From: Mizuhopecten yessoensis
Lineage: Eukaryota
Assembly (NCBI RefSeq): GCF_002113885.1
Contig: NW_018404479.1
Location: forward strand, 1 to 64,000
Direction of reading: 5' to 3'
Length of the DNA: 64,000 nucleotides
How positions within the stretch are numbered: the stretch's first letter is position 1; the number at the start of each line of letters is the position of its first letter. This document shows, piece after piece, positions 11,701-26,518 of this stretch. The translations under genes and the position numbers were made by a program. A model generated the notes under the pieces. That model made no database searches, was not told the DNA's origin, and was given only the letters and a program-made list of their open reading frames with translations.

Positions 11701-13860
11701 ATTGTACAATAAAAAGTCCATTCATGCAGAAAATATCTAAAACATGAATATGAAAAAATATGACCGTAAAGGTCATGGTCTTATAAACGCATTTTTAAGA
11801 CATGATGGTACAGAAGCCTTAGATAATACACATTTCTTTAAGACAGGCTGACTTCCGTTTGTACACAATACAAATTTGCCAACGCCATGTCGAGCTTCCA
11901 TATTAATCGGAATCAGGGAAATCCTGGAATCGCTTGTAATCGCGGGTTTTGGGGACCGTATGATACGACACAAGCTGGATCTGGTCTGATTCCCGGGGAT
12001 GACAATTACAACACGTGTCTTTGTTGATCAAACAAAGATGTTTATCAAAGGCTAGCGCTGATCACGTGTCAGTGTTATCAGGGTCACACGCATCCCTACC
12101 CTACTACTTACCAAGGTTTCTCGAGTGTTATAAACTCGATGAAGATTTGTCAGTTCGTTGATTAAAGTATCAGAATTGCATAAACAAAAACAGTTGCCAT
12201 GAATGTTGACTCTGATTGGGACATTGCTTTCTAAAGGATGCTTGTTAATTTGCTCTTGAATAACAACCCTTCTTTCTAGATATCGACGGCGTCGTATACC
12301 GGGAATCTTTCAGTGTTTGTCTTGCCTTCAGCCTTGTTTTAGGTGTAATCAATTTCACCATTACTTTGACAAGGTCGAGCGGGAAACCCGACCTAGTTTG
12401 GCTGCTAAGTCGATATGTATGGAAGATCTGCAGTGTGAGTACCCACTACAGACCTCACTTAAACAAATTGTGTAACAGATTCGATGTCGTCAAACATTAG
12501 AAATCGGCGTAAACTCACTTTCATCTTTAAACAAATCTCTCAACACGTCATAAAGCGCATTAAAGAATTAGGTTAACCGTCTAGCTTGCAGGCAGAGGCC
12601 TTTAGTTCACGTAACCGATCGAATACGAGAACTGTTGCATGCCCTGTAATGGACATATCGTGGGGTTTGACATTTCATTTCAAGTTCGCCAGAAACTCAA
12701 ATATTTTGAAATGATTTGAAGTGTAATTGTTTCATTGATTGCATTTGGTTAATGATGCATTACATTTGTACGTACATTTATTTTATATTTCAAATGCTTA
12801 TATTATTTGATGTGTTTCACGTTTTACATTTAGGTTCGTTTATTCGTTGCTGATAAATAATGAGTTTCTTAATCTTACTAAATCTTAAAACATTTTTGAA
12901 AATGTTTGTTTTTTTGTAAAATATGCATTATAATCTTATTTGAGTTTGTGTCATTTACATAATTTAAAAAGAAACTCATGTAAATAAAGCAACTTGACAA
13001 TAGTCTGAAAAACAACAGGAGAACATTGTTATTTCAAATCAATACATTGCTAGTATCATATGTCTTTTGCAACGTTAGAAGAACACCAACAATGGCCCGA
13101 CATGTTCTTAAAACAAATTGCCGCAAAATAGTGCAGGAAGGGTAAATATCTTATTCTCGTATCACATTTAGCTTAAATTTGACCCAAAGTCCATCAACAG
13201 AGCCACAAAGAGCACAAATCCTATCTAGATGAGATGACAATACTGTATTACCGTGTGGAGGGACTATAAACTAACTGTGAGACCTTATTTCTTCATCGGG
13301 TGTTGACATGGGCGAAACAACTTAACCAGTCGAGCATGTACATATTTACGGATTGAGAGCGTTAAACTCTATTGACTTGAAAACATCGGATTTTTTCTTT
13401 TACATTAAACAGTGAGGTTACGCTTGACAGGTGAAATGATCTGTAACCGATCACCCCCCGTCAGGGGTCAATTTCTCTAGCTTAAGTCGTCACTGCTGTG
13501 GAAGTTAATCTGTCGCCTGATAGGTTTTTAGATGGAGAAACAACATTTCATCAGGATTGTATGATACCGGTAGACTACACAGTCAATACAAGTGACAAAT
13601 ACCACAAAACTTTAAAACTTCTTTAAAGGTTCAGTCAAAAGATTTTTGTTAAGTTTAAAATATGAAAACAATTCCAACAAAAATAAAGAACGCCTCGTAA
13701 AAAAGACCTAACGACAGATCAATGATTATCAAAATAAAGAGGGAACGACAATCAACCTCACGAAATAACGAAATTGAAATACTCAAAATAACAAAGAAAC
13801 GTATGTACATTTTAACGATATTAATCAGTTCCTATAGCTTATATTTAGATAAATACTAGT

Positions 13861-13964
13861 ATTATAAAAAGAAACATTCTCAACAACGAGTCTTAAGTAC
13901 TTTCCTCTCCTAGAAGAGATGAAAGTACTAAAGACACATTGCTGAGAATTTTTCTTTTTATAAT
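13861..13964. repeat. ~104-bp imperfect palindrome (foldback)
   Basis: ATTATAAAAAGAAACATTCTCAACAACGAGTCTTAAGTACTTTC pairs with GAAAGTACTAAAGACACATTGCTGAGAATTTTTCTTTTTATAAT. Confidence 0.85.
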
Positions 13965-16900
13965 ATTTCTTTGTCCGTAAGAATATTTTTTCTGCTTTTA
14001 TAATATATACTAGTGTATATATGTTCCCCGGTAAAATATGTTCGCATCATTGTTCATGACCTAATACCAAAAACCCAGCCAAATAATCCATAAACTATAC
14101 ATATTTGTTTGTGATCCACTAATGACATATAGCAGTCTATGACTATTTTATGTCAGTGTATCATGTTTTTCTTGCTGGTTGTTCCGACGGTCTCGACAAT
14201 TTAAAATTAGATACACAATTAATGACGTCGTGGTGATTCAGTTATAACGATTTGCTCTATATTAACAGTAATATCAGTGATAACGCGCACAGGAGGTGAC
14301 CGGGGGCAAGAACTATATTGTTCAGTAATGATGCCCAAACCTTCTCTTCAAGAATAGCTGTTAAATCACAGATTGGCCATAGTGTCTGCCAATATCTTGA
14401 CATTACCTTGCAAGTTTAGGTTAATGAATCTCAACCTTATACAAAAGTTGTTTCGACCGTATGACTTAAAGCAAATCCTTTTAATGACGTTTGCAAGGCT
14501 GTTTGTATCGTTTCTGTGATTGCGATTCTTATATCTACTGTAAAAAAATATATTCAAGAAGCAGGCTTTTGTAAGAAAAACAATTTGTAAGGATAGCGCA
14601 TATCCATCTACGGACGTGAAATTCGAAAGTGCATTATATTGTTTGACTGAAATGGTTTAAGGTCCAATGGATTTTTTTCTATGACCACATCGGTCGTTAT
14701 AACTTGTACTTAAACCATTGTCATCATTGGTAAAATCTCTTTCAAAAGACAAGTGAACCATTATACTTTTTTATTAAGATCGATGAACATCTGGAAACCG
14801 TGATAAGCACTTGTTTCACACTTGAAGGACCTTCATTACTTGGATTTTAACTAGATGTATATGGCTAGTGTCGCTGATGAAGCAGGAGACACGCTTATCC
14901 TTCCGGATTCCCTGGTCGTATTATCATTATACTTTTTCAAAGGCTTCCTTGTGAAGATATTGATTGTTCAACTATGCCTAACTTTCTCGAGATTGAATAT
15001 CAATATGAGGTTTCGTTGATACTCGGTATTCCTTGGTTTTTTAAGCTCTCTCACTTTGGCTACATTAATTAATTCTATGCCACAAAGGAATATATTACAT
15101 GATTTACGATTTAACGAGTTCTTCGTTATGTCGATTCGATCAGTGCGACCAATTTGATCAGAACAGCCAGTTTATAAATATATTTAGGCAATTAACAGGT
15201 TGTAGAACACACGACGTTCTACCAAATCCTAATAGTCAAAGCGGGCAATTTGGACAATGCAGAAAATCGAAGAAAAGTGACAATGATGAATTAATCTTAT
15301 GAATTAGTCTGGTAACATACAAGAGCACTGGTGATATTTTCCTGTTTACGTCGCCACATGTACAACCTATCTTCTTGTAGTGGGAACCGATAAGTTATTT
15401 TTTAGTGAACCTGACCTTGTGTTCGGGTAATGGTGTGACATCAGACCATATCAGATATATTAAATATTCAATACACTATACATCAATACACATATTTATG
15501 TGGTGATACATTAAAATCGTCACCTGTCAGAATTCCGACATTAATAGTACACCTGTCCTATTTACGTCTAACGTCAGGTCTATTGTGTAGGCAGTCATCT
15601 GTGTACTTGGTCTGGTTGATAGGTGATAAAAGTAACTGTCATCCGTCATGTCCGAAGGAATGAACGCATGTATACTACATGTAGATGTGTTCATTACGTG
15701 TATTCATCCATGTATCTCTAAAAGTGATATGAAAAAACACCTGTATTGAACAAGTATCTATGTATACAAGTTGGTGAACGATATATGCTAAATTTGTTTT
15801 GATTTCTCATTCTCATTCAGTAGTTTTCGAATGACTGTTTCGTCACACTAAAATTCAGAAATTCATTAATAAATATTTTAAATTTACGTACAAAAGTTTC
15901 GATGTTAATGGTAGCTTTGTAAGCAATCGGTAACAAGCTTACCTGGTAAATTCCGCCAGCAACGATAACAGGTAATCCGAATCCATCGTAATGTTCGCCA
16001 GTCAACCATCCACTTAGAAAACACCTGATGTGGTGGCGTTTATATTAGGGATCTCTATGACGTAATAGTTAGGTTTCAAAAAGAATGTCACTTAGTCTAG
16101 GATTCCCAGGAGAGATCGCCGTCTCAGTACGTACCTTACATACGATACCATGGGTGGGTACAATACTTTTGTCGTGATCCACCCAATCCATGTTGAGGCT
16201 GTAATGTTATTTTAACTCGGAAATCGTTAAAAGATGTTTTTACTTATCCTTTAAACAAATTATGACTTCAATGCATTCTTAGTGAACCCTAAAGTTTTCC
16301 ATTTTTGAGAGACACTTTCCTTGAAAATCATTGATGACACGGGATTTTATGAGACCAGTGGAACTTCTTAAAGTGACGTCCAAATAATCTGTGCCGAATG
16401 TCATGAGATACCGACCTATTGGGTCGACTAGACAGGCAGGAAACCATCCTGTACCGTGTCCAATATCCTTCCGCGAGGCCTTACACGAGGCATTATTGGC
16501 TTAGAAGCCATCCGCGATTACACTGTGAGATTGTACTCGATAATCTGACGTTGTCTTATAATCACCAGTCACGCGTGACGTGACGCTGGTGAAGATTTAT
16601 ACTGTATATAGATATCTTAGAAAGCCATCTATAATATATGGAGCTACCTAACGCTTCTAGTAAAGTCTGCAACGGTCCACTGCATTATAATGCAGTGTAA
16701 ATTTGGGATTTAGTGAATGACGTTTACAATGTAGGACTGTACGAATCACACAGGATGCCCTGAAATAAATATAAGTCTAACCTCCCAAGGACGGCGTCTC
16801 TTCATGGACAAAGATGACGTCACTTATATTTGTGTTCTTCACTAACACAGATTCTTAACTGTTGGCAATTTATGTAAATAATACAATTAAAAGTTCCGAC

Positions 16901-19900
16901 GTTGTTTTTTAATCGGATTCATACTCTCTACATGTAAACATTTGTATGTGTATGTATTATGTCATTAATGGACTGATGGGAATCCGTACTAAGAAACAAA
17001 AAATGACTGCCGCAGTCATCGGAACGATACAAAATAGTCACATAAGTGGTCAGTTGAAGTGGTAAGTAGAAATTTCAGATCTTGAAAGAAACGAAATATA
17101 CGCAGCTTTAAAGACTACGTACATTTATAGCAACGACGACTCGAGCACATTTTGCCAGCAGCTTTACATACCGTAGACAAATTAGAGCATGCTAGTTTGG
17201 TGTTACAATAAGATTACTCATAAACCCATCACTGTAGTTTCAACGTAGCCATGTGAAACGAAATCCTAATAGCCTTCAGAAATCCATTAATATATTACAC
17301 ATAGGCATAGTTTTCTTCATGTCATGAGTCAAGCAGACCGTTCTTTTACTCATTGTATAATAAGTGTTACGCGTGTAAGCCCATCGTTCATGTACCTCTA
17401 ACAAAAGAACATATTTGTATCACCTTCTTTAGCATCAATTCAATTTCACTTTGCTTAAATATGACTGGCGGAAAGCGGCGATATAATCGTCTTGTATACG
17501 AGACCTGCAAAACCAAGTACTGAGGACAGACTACTACTAACTTGCTAAGGGCTTCCATCATTTGTCACACGGGAGCACTTTAAATATATAAAAGGTGTAG
17601 TCAGGCTTATAATGTATGCAAAGCTCATCCCGATCCCGTCGGATAAAGCGTCCATTTCAATGTATGTCACGCCGACTCTTAACGTGAGTGTAAGCCAACT
17701 TCCGGTAAGTATCGACAATAACATTGTGATAATGAAATGTGTAGTCTATCTGGGGTCAAATCACCATGGGTGGATTAGTGTTACCTTAACTACAGGATTG
17801 ACCTTTCCATACCTAGTGAAGGTCACATTGACAAAGGTCAATTGGAGAAGTTGCACTGCTCAGCGATTTGTGTCACCTTAGTGTGCCTCTCCCTTTCATT
17901 GGTTATTTGGACACATGGACCGATAAAGCTGATTCACAGTGTTGCTAATTTATGTCGTTGTTTGAACTTTCATACAATACTGTACAATTATCTTCAATAA
18001 AAAGCATTTATATACGTACACAGTAAAAAATATTGATAGGTACTCACTCCTTAATCATCACGCTTAAAGTGCAAAAAGTATCTATGCAAATAAGTTACTG
18101 AAGCTGTACAGGAACCGGAAGTCATGTGTCACCGGTACCAATAATAACAGAATGAGTCGTACAAGCAAATGCTATCAGCACCCTATGAAAAACCGTATTC
18201 GTCTTGGATAAAATATTCCAAAGCGATTGTAGACGAATTAGTTTATTAGTTTTATCATAATTTAGACAGTTAGACGATAAAATGGTGATGAACTGCTTGT
18301 TATTGGATTAAGTCAAAAGTGACTGAAAACCTCCCCGTACACTGTACCAGATTTCAGCCGATAATCTAGTTATTCATTATGTAAAGCTGACGTTTTACTT
18401 GGTAAAAAAATTGATAATCACTGGATTTCTGCAACATCTGCTGATTATACGATTGTAGCATTTCATCTATTAATCTAATCAATGTCTCTAAGCCAATAAA
18501 AATGAGTTTATCTATAAGTATTTACATAGTTATATCATCATTAATTACGTACTTCAAATCAACACATACGTGATACCGGTTTTACAATATAAAATTTCAA
18601 ATCCAATTACATCAAATTATGTTATGAACATTTCAAGCAAACAAATCAGATTTGCTGCCTTTTTAATCAGTTTGAAACTACCATTAAGTGTCCATCCAAT
18701 CGGCCTGATTTAACTGTTCATTCTGAGTTTTATAATATTGACAGCAATGGCTAGAGGGGAGTTGTACCGCATGTGTGTTCGTTCGTATAGGAGACAATTG
18801 AAGGTCAGAAGAATCAACAGCTTTTCACTTTAGCTAATGACCAAGCATGTTCCTGAAGGCCCACCCAAACCCAAAACATGACATTTTCAGAACAGATATA
18901 ATCTTCACATTTCCTTAAGGCAACCTATGGCTCACAGACACACAGCCAAGCCCCAATCACTGTTAATGCGCAATAATGACGAGATTGTATTTGTAATCAG
19001 AAGTTTACTCCTCCGTCGGGTGCATAACGGTAAGCAAGACAGCTTCACTTTGTTTTCATCCTGTTACTTTGTTTCCTTGAATACAAAAGAGGCAATTGGG
19101 CTTTCAGATGTAAGGAGATGTTAGTTACATTACATTATTTGTAAATGAGATAAAGGAAAAGCAATGCCAAATAACCGTAGGGGCTTATCCCATTGAACGA
19201 TAGATCGTGTTTGTTGTTGACAACAGTTTTCAGTTATGTGGGGAGTGCCCAAAGCAGACCGTCTGGTTCAACCGATTGCCAAAACTTTAATAGACAGAAA
19301 AAGGGACGGAATGTGAAGTTTAACATTTTAAGAAATACAAAATGTAACACTTATATTACTGTTAAAATGTACAATATGTGCCCAATTACAAATCTATTTG
19401 CTTTTGGTGAAAATTGTATTATTTATTAATAAACAAGCGAGTGTTTGAGTAGTTCACAGAGCCAAGATAAACTAGTACATTAGAATTTACGTACACGACT
19501 CTTAAGACTGAGAAGCTTCTTTTGTGTTAATGGAAGATGCAGGTAAACACATCCATGTGATTGCACCTTTAAAAAGGTAGTTTTTGATACAGTTTGTCGG
19601 AAATGAATACCGCTGCATCATACAGTTGTTTCGACCTTCTTGAACTCATCGGTTATACTAATGGACAAAAAGGCTGAAATCCAAAGCCAAAACTACTGTT
19701 GAAACAGAAGGTTCGTTAAATGTATTGCTTATATGGTTCAACCTTTTGAAATAAAATAGAAACATTATGGTGGTTCATGTACTAGATTACGAACATATAA
19801 CGAAAAATTGAAAAAGCGGATATTGAAGTCTCCAAAAAGCACATGATTTCCTGCAACAAGCGTGGTAGATCTAATGATTCATGATATCTTCTGTCACATC

Positions 19901-21907
19901 TAGGACAGTCTCTGTAATTTCAGTTTAAATGGTGGAGATAATCAAACGTTACAAGACTACATTAGCCCTTCATTTCCACGGTAACGAGCAAGGTCACACG
20001 CCCTGGCAAATAATTAGGACAATAAGGTGAAGCCATTAGGGTTGATAGGCCCAATAACTATGGTGGCGTCGTGACATTTATCAATTATTTACAAATCAAG
20101 CATGTGTAGCGAGCCGCACACAAGTACATGTATAACATATGGTACTCGAATTCCTATAAAACAAACGGGGACACCAAAACTGTGGAACATAACAAATAAT
20201 CATTGGAAATAGTGCATGCATATATCCACCTGCCAAAACCGACATCCGAGTGTTTTCGGACTTCACAATTAGAAAATAGAAATAGACACAAAAAATATCT
20301 ATACGCTAATTAACGGCAACCTACTATAGCAATCTTTCGTTTGTCGCAAAGCTTAGGGAACTCGCCTAAGCCCCATTGAGCCGGTCAGCGAATGGTTATG
20401 ATCTGTAGTCTGGATTGGATTGACCTGAATATCGGTATCAACAGAGTCGGGATTATATATTTGACATCTGCTAAACGTCGGTCAGATTGACCTGGGTATA
20501 TGAGCCGAAATGAGTCTGCTAAATGCTCTTTCAATGCAAGACCATACCGTGCTATTCCGGAACAGCATGCGCGAATTTACTGTGACCAGCTCAAATGTGA
20601 TAAAATCAGTAGCAGTTGTAAATGTCCAGTGATGAAAGACTTACTAGTGATATTATAATCGTCATGCGATCGAATTTAATATGAATTAAAATTATATCTT
20701 TTCATTCGCCTTTAAGTTATTCCTATCATGAAAATAACATCAATGCGTCATGTAACACAAAGGGAAAAAAAGCCTCCGCCTTTCGTCACGTACAAAGCGC
20801 GAGACCGGCAATACAATGACTGTTGCTTTATACGTTTTGCGAAAAATGTAAAATGATATAAGAATGTCTTTGTAAATCTTATCACGATGATTATTCTGAA
20901 TCAATAACAAGTATGTTATTTGTAGGTATAAAATATATCGAGTAAAATGGAAATCACATTACAAAATAATATTTTGTAAATATTGATAACGGTGCTACTG
21001 TATTGCACCTTATTCAACTCTAGAGTTTTATACTACGAGAAAATTTAGGGCAATTATCAGTCAGAGGTCAAGCGTAATCTAGTTGATTGGATCGAAGAAG
21101 TAGGGTAATTGGCATCGCTATAACGCACAGTATTAAAAAAAACCAATTCATGTTACATGTACCTGACGTTTAAATATCACTGATGCAATGTTTACCGTTA
21201 TGTATAATTACGGCAATGAAGCTGGGTAAATCAGGTCTTGCCTGTTGAGAATTTTGCAACTTTCAGAGACATTTCTCGCCGCTTTAATTATTAAGGATTA
21301 CCGTACCGCTGTCAAAAACGGTATAACTGTTTAGGGAACATTGTTTTTAGCAAGACTATAGGTTTCGTATGTAATTTCTAAAAAAGAAACTATACTCTCC
21401 TGGACCTAATATTGATTACCGATGAAGACTTAACCTCTGAACTGGTAACGGTAAGTCTTATCAAAGGAATACCCCGGCAAGGTAGTCATCTGGTCAAGTC
21501 CCATACAGGTACATCCAAAAATCAGAACATGATATACAGTATAATTCTCTAACCTTTTGCCCGGAATGGGACATGGATTTCAAGAGCACAAGACCCCTTA
21601 ATACAATCTTGCGGAACGTGAGTTTAATCGAACCTCTAGTAATAATGTTTCAGCATTAGGAAACCATGTTTTTTTCTAGTTAAATATATTAATGCATAAA
21701 TGGTAATTATCTTTGTTGTCGGTAGGTTGTGCCAGAAACCGGTCAGTGTATTGCCTGGCCAGACATCGTCACGTGTTACACCCGTCATCATTCGAAATAT
21801 ATTCATCACATGATCGAATCCAGTGGTCAGGAAACGTGACTCGTATAATATTCTGTAAACAGAATTGTTTATCATAGTTCAGGTGTCCTCTATTAAACGT
21901 TTGTATA

Positions 21908-22470
21908 TGTAACCTGTAGCAGAACCGGACTGGGTTGAGCGCAGATGTCCAACTGCAAGTCTGGCTTCAGTACACAGTATTTGCATGTACGTTAAAACAT
22001 GTAACTCTATATCTCTGCATCGGCTTCAAACCCTATATTTTGTCCCTGACACGAAGTTTGCTCAACTCATTTGGAAAACTTGGTCTATTTTATTACGCAA
22101 CCATGTTGTAATTGTTAACACTTGCGTATATTTGCCAGTCTACCGAACTAGATATGTTGGTAGACATTGCCAACAGAGAAGCACTTTAAGGACGGTCCGT
22201 TGCATCCTTAATCGGTGTCTGTTACAAACCGTTTTACCGTGTACTGTGTCTCTGATACTCCAGCCTCGATTGATAAATAATAGTAGTGGTGTCTTTAGGG
22301 CTGAAAACTAAGAGGGGTGAGGAAAGAGTATACGAATTTGTGTAGCAGTTTTTGTTTGGGTTGGTCGCCGGCAATATTGTGGCCCAGTTAAACACATAAC
22401 GTCGGTCAAGAGTTCGAAGTTTCCGGTTCGAATCCCGGTCTCGTCATGTACATTTCCCCGTCATGTTCCA
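21908..22470. mobile_element. Degenerate TG...CA element with a tRNA-like B box near the right end (possible solo LTR or SINE remnant)
   Basis: Starts TGTAAC and ends GTTCCA. B box GGTTCGAATCCC at 22425-22436. Left-end GACTGGG weakly mirrors right-end CCCGGTC. No clear TSD. Confidence 0.3.
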
Positions 22471-25400
22471 TATCAGTCATTACAATACAGTGACCTCTAT
22501 ATCACTCTCTAAGATCTGTACAGTGCAATTGTGTATTCAAATGATACGCAGTTTTTCCTAAGCTATCGTATCAAAACACTCGATAACATTTGTGATTACA
22601 ATTTTTTTTTTGTACGTCCATCATTTTTACTACAACATATGTATGTATCTCATGTTCCCATGATAATTTATAAAAATATAGTTGTATTACTAAAACAGGA
22701 TATTTTCTATCATTTCGTATACCATCAGACTACCAGAACAGATGGACGACAAACTTTGAAAATGTTTCTAGATTACTGGTACTCTATTGTTTGTATAGGA
22801 CAAGCGATACATTTAATACATATATCTCGGTACTCATGTAACTTATAATTATACACGGGTGCTAATAGAGTCCAACAATCAAACACGTGTTTGTGACAAA
22901 AAATCCGTTAAATTACTCACCATTTCATGAAATCGTTATAAATTGCCGCATCTGAATCCATGTTTAAAGTAGTTTCGAGTTCCGGTGATGGAACTGACCT
23001 TTACGGTGTAATAATCCCTTGATACGTCGGGTTCCAATATACAACTAGCCACTAAATTCTAGGTGTAATTAATGACATATTCCATTTGTAGAGTAAGTCT
23101 ATAGCGCACTGTATATTGCCTACGTAATAGGTCAAAGTAAAGAGGCCCACGGGACGTCACCACGCATTCCAAGATACGAGGATAGTCTGTTGCAATTAAC
23201 CGTCACAATATTATCCTTTGCCTTCCGTAGATCTCTGTAAGTGGGCAATATAGCAGATAGATAGCTATAGCCGTTCTGTCCGTCACGCGTAATAATCTTA
23301 CACTGACCACAGGCGATAAGTATTGTTTATACTTAGAGTATAATATATTTCCACTCGTTATCAGCACATCTTCCTCTTAAACTGACCACTGAAATACCCT
23401 CCAAATATCAAACCGTCACGGATCCTGGTTATGAATCTACCAGCGGTCAATAAACATTGTGTCGATTTGCTTGAAGCAAGGGTCACTCAATAGATAAGAA
23501 GTTGATATCATAATGAAAACGTACACGTGTACGCATTATAACGCCACTGGTCACCTGTCCGTTATCATTAGAACTAATTCGTCATCAGGTGAGGTGGTCA
23601 GCTTGACTAATGTTAGTACGGCCACTTAAAACTGGCCGTCAGTGACTTTTCAAAATAATCTGATAAACATACACCAATGGTCAGCTTGCTAATCACTGTG
23701 AGTAAATTGTATGCCCTTGTCCGGCCTTGTGTCCGTTGTTATGTCCGGTTGTATCCAGCCGTCATCTGTTTAACGTATTTTCCTTTAGAATACGGTTACA
23801 GAAGCCACATGATTCTAGTCGTCATGTGATCAGGAGAACTCGTTGACGATGTATCGGTCATACATTTTACCAGGTCATACCCAGTGTAAACGTATAAACG
23901 TGCTACTGATAATGACCAGCTCCCGACACAAATGTTTTGACCGGTCGTAAGGGTCAAGAGGTCATTGGATGCCCCTTTCACCCATCAAGATTAAATTCGT
24001 TACATAAATACAAGTCGAGTAGGTGGTTACTCAGTGCCGCCGAAATCTCCGCTTGATAGATTTAAAATAACATAACATTTCCAGACCATAAAAACTTCCA
24101 TTAACGATAGAAAAAGTTTGCAAAACAATTGTAATAAAATTCGGGAGCTTTTAAAAGTTTCACGTAACATCCTCTGAAATGCCGAACAGGTTTATACGGA
24201 TAGGTACACTACTAGGTATAACATGTACTTCCATTACGATACATTTGTAAGTCAATTCGAATTATTCAAACACCGATTCGTGAGAATACAATGTACTACT
24301 AAGAGTAATTGATAAAGACAGGATTATGAGAACTATCATAACCACTCAAATCAACGAAAATATTTTAAAATGTTGCGGTCTGGATAAACCTTGCTAGAAT
24401 AATTCAGTACATGTACAGGCGAACGAGGAACAAAACTGTTCCTTTCATATCTCCTATCGCATCAAACATAAAGACAATTCAGACAACATATCATGCTTTT
24501 TTATGGTCACCAGCTGTCACAGATCAAAACTGGGCTTGGAATCATGAGCCCAGAATAACATTAAATATAACCATGACTGAATATCAGCTGTTGAAACCGA
24601 TGCATTAATTACCGGTCATTGCTAGTATAAAAAGTACGTATGCCCCGCACTGAGCACCGACAACATCATGAAACAAAACTTCTGATACCGTCATGATGTA
24701 GGATGATGCTCTGTGATTGTCTAAATTAACAAGGCAGAACAGAAAGTATGCTTTCGTATATTATCGAATTTCGTAAATGGCATGTACCTGGCGATTCATA
24801 CAGTAACAGAACATAGGAAAAATCATACATGTTAATGTTTGAAAGAAAGCATACATGTTCACTCTTATACATACCTTAAACTTGCTTCTTTCAGCAAATA
24901 TCAGGGTTTGAATGTATCTTTGGAACGATATTCATAGTAGAACACAATGTTTTAGGTATGGAAAATATTGGTCAACCTTTTTCTTTACGCAGCCAATGAA
25001 AAATTCCGTTATTTACAACTTCCGGTGTGAAATTGTCAATCCATTACAATTCGAAACACTTCCTGTGTCAAAACTCATTTCCTGTAAAGCCCTCGACGTG
25101 TGTCAAACGTCACCATCATAGTGTGTTAACTGAAGACGACGGGTACTCGACATCCCAAGCCTCGTAACCATCGCAATCAGTCGCCCCCAGTAAGTATGAA
25201 ACTGCACAGGATTTCTTACGTCATCTCCTCTAATCTGATCGTTATTGTTGAAAGAATAAAATGGCGAGATCGTTATATCACTTTTTCATGTTAACAAATT
25301 AAAAAAGAAGAAGCTTCATTTCAAGACGTGTCCCCTTAGGCATATCAATGATTGCATGATTCTTAGTTCAGCTCTAGATCTTACCACCTAGTCATTGACT

Positions 25401-25950
25401 AAAGCTGGTTCTCAACCTATCCAATCGTCCCACAGGCAAAGACATGAAAGCTATATGTGTAACATCGCGCAAAGGCACAATCTAGCGACATGGAAAAAAT
25501 CAAATCGTATACACACCTTTACAAAACAGATACAAAAAGTAATACATGAAAGTGCAGTTCAGGGTGCATATGATACCGATATGCATTGCGTCACAGGACA
25601 CATGCAGTGGTACATGTACATGTGTAAGTTTGGTATGTATGGTGTGAAATCGGTACCAAAACAAGCGGAGGCAATGATGGTAAAGTGGAGAGGGTAAAAT
25701 CAATTGTACACCTACGTAATGAACGAAGAGACTCTTATTACCAACCATTCAAAGTATAACGTAATAATGGAACAAAGGATACTCCATTTTGTGGACGCGG
25801 GGGCCGGGAACAGATCTGATTAGACAATGTTAAAGAGCATAAAGGCATCCATTACGCAGATTACCGCACTTATTGTAGAGAGTTATAGGCCAAAAGGCAC
25901 CAGGAAAGATAACACCCTTCTGTTTCAATGTTCCTTCATGTACACTCCGA

Positions 25951-26518
25951 ACTATATGCAAGATTGACGAAATGTTCAATAATGATATCATAATCTACTC
26001 AACCCCATGTCTCCATACATTATTTGGATTTTTAGGCTTTGAATAATATGCACATACTTGAAATGTGTACGCCATATTTGTCAATTGGCAACTTTATTGA
26101 ATGTCATAATCAGGGGAATGCATGCAGGTGAGACCCGTGTCATTATTGCAGGTATCGTTTACTTAATTTTTTTCCGTGCTATTGACACTATGGCAGGGTA
26201 AATAAGCCGTGATGTTTTTGGGCACTAATGCGAAATAAAATAACGCATGCATGTTTAAGAAGTTCATGATGAAAGAACAATGAAAAGAAACAACATCTTG
26301 TTAAAAAACGTAGCTCCACAGAGAATCCCTAGTGAGTTTGACGCGCCATTGTTCTCGTCTGCTTCAGTCATTTGGAATTCCGCTGTGGTGGCCATTGCCC
26401 ATTTTTCTAGAGAGGTTCCGAATAAAGNACTATATGCAAGATTGACGAAATGTTCAATAATGATATCATAATCTCCTCAACCCCATGTCTCCATACATTA
26501 TTTGGATTTTTAGGCTTT
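25951..26518. other. 90-bp near-identical duplication across a single N, with ~390 bp following only the first copy
   Basis: 25951-26040 matches 26429-26518 with one mismatch; N at 26428. Confidence 0.8.

Noticed and set aside
14866-14930. Resemblance to a Penelope-associated bivalve repeat (GCAGGAGACACGCTTATCCTTCCGGA..CCTGGT)
   Set aside because: Too short and degenerate to call from memory alone.
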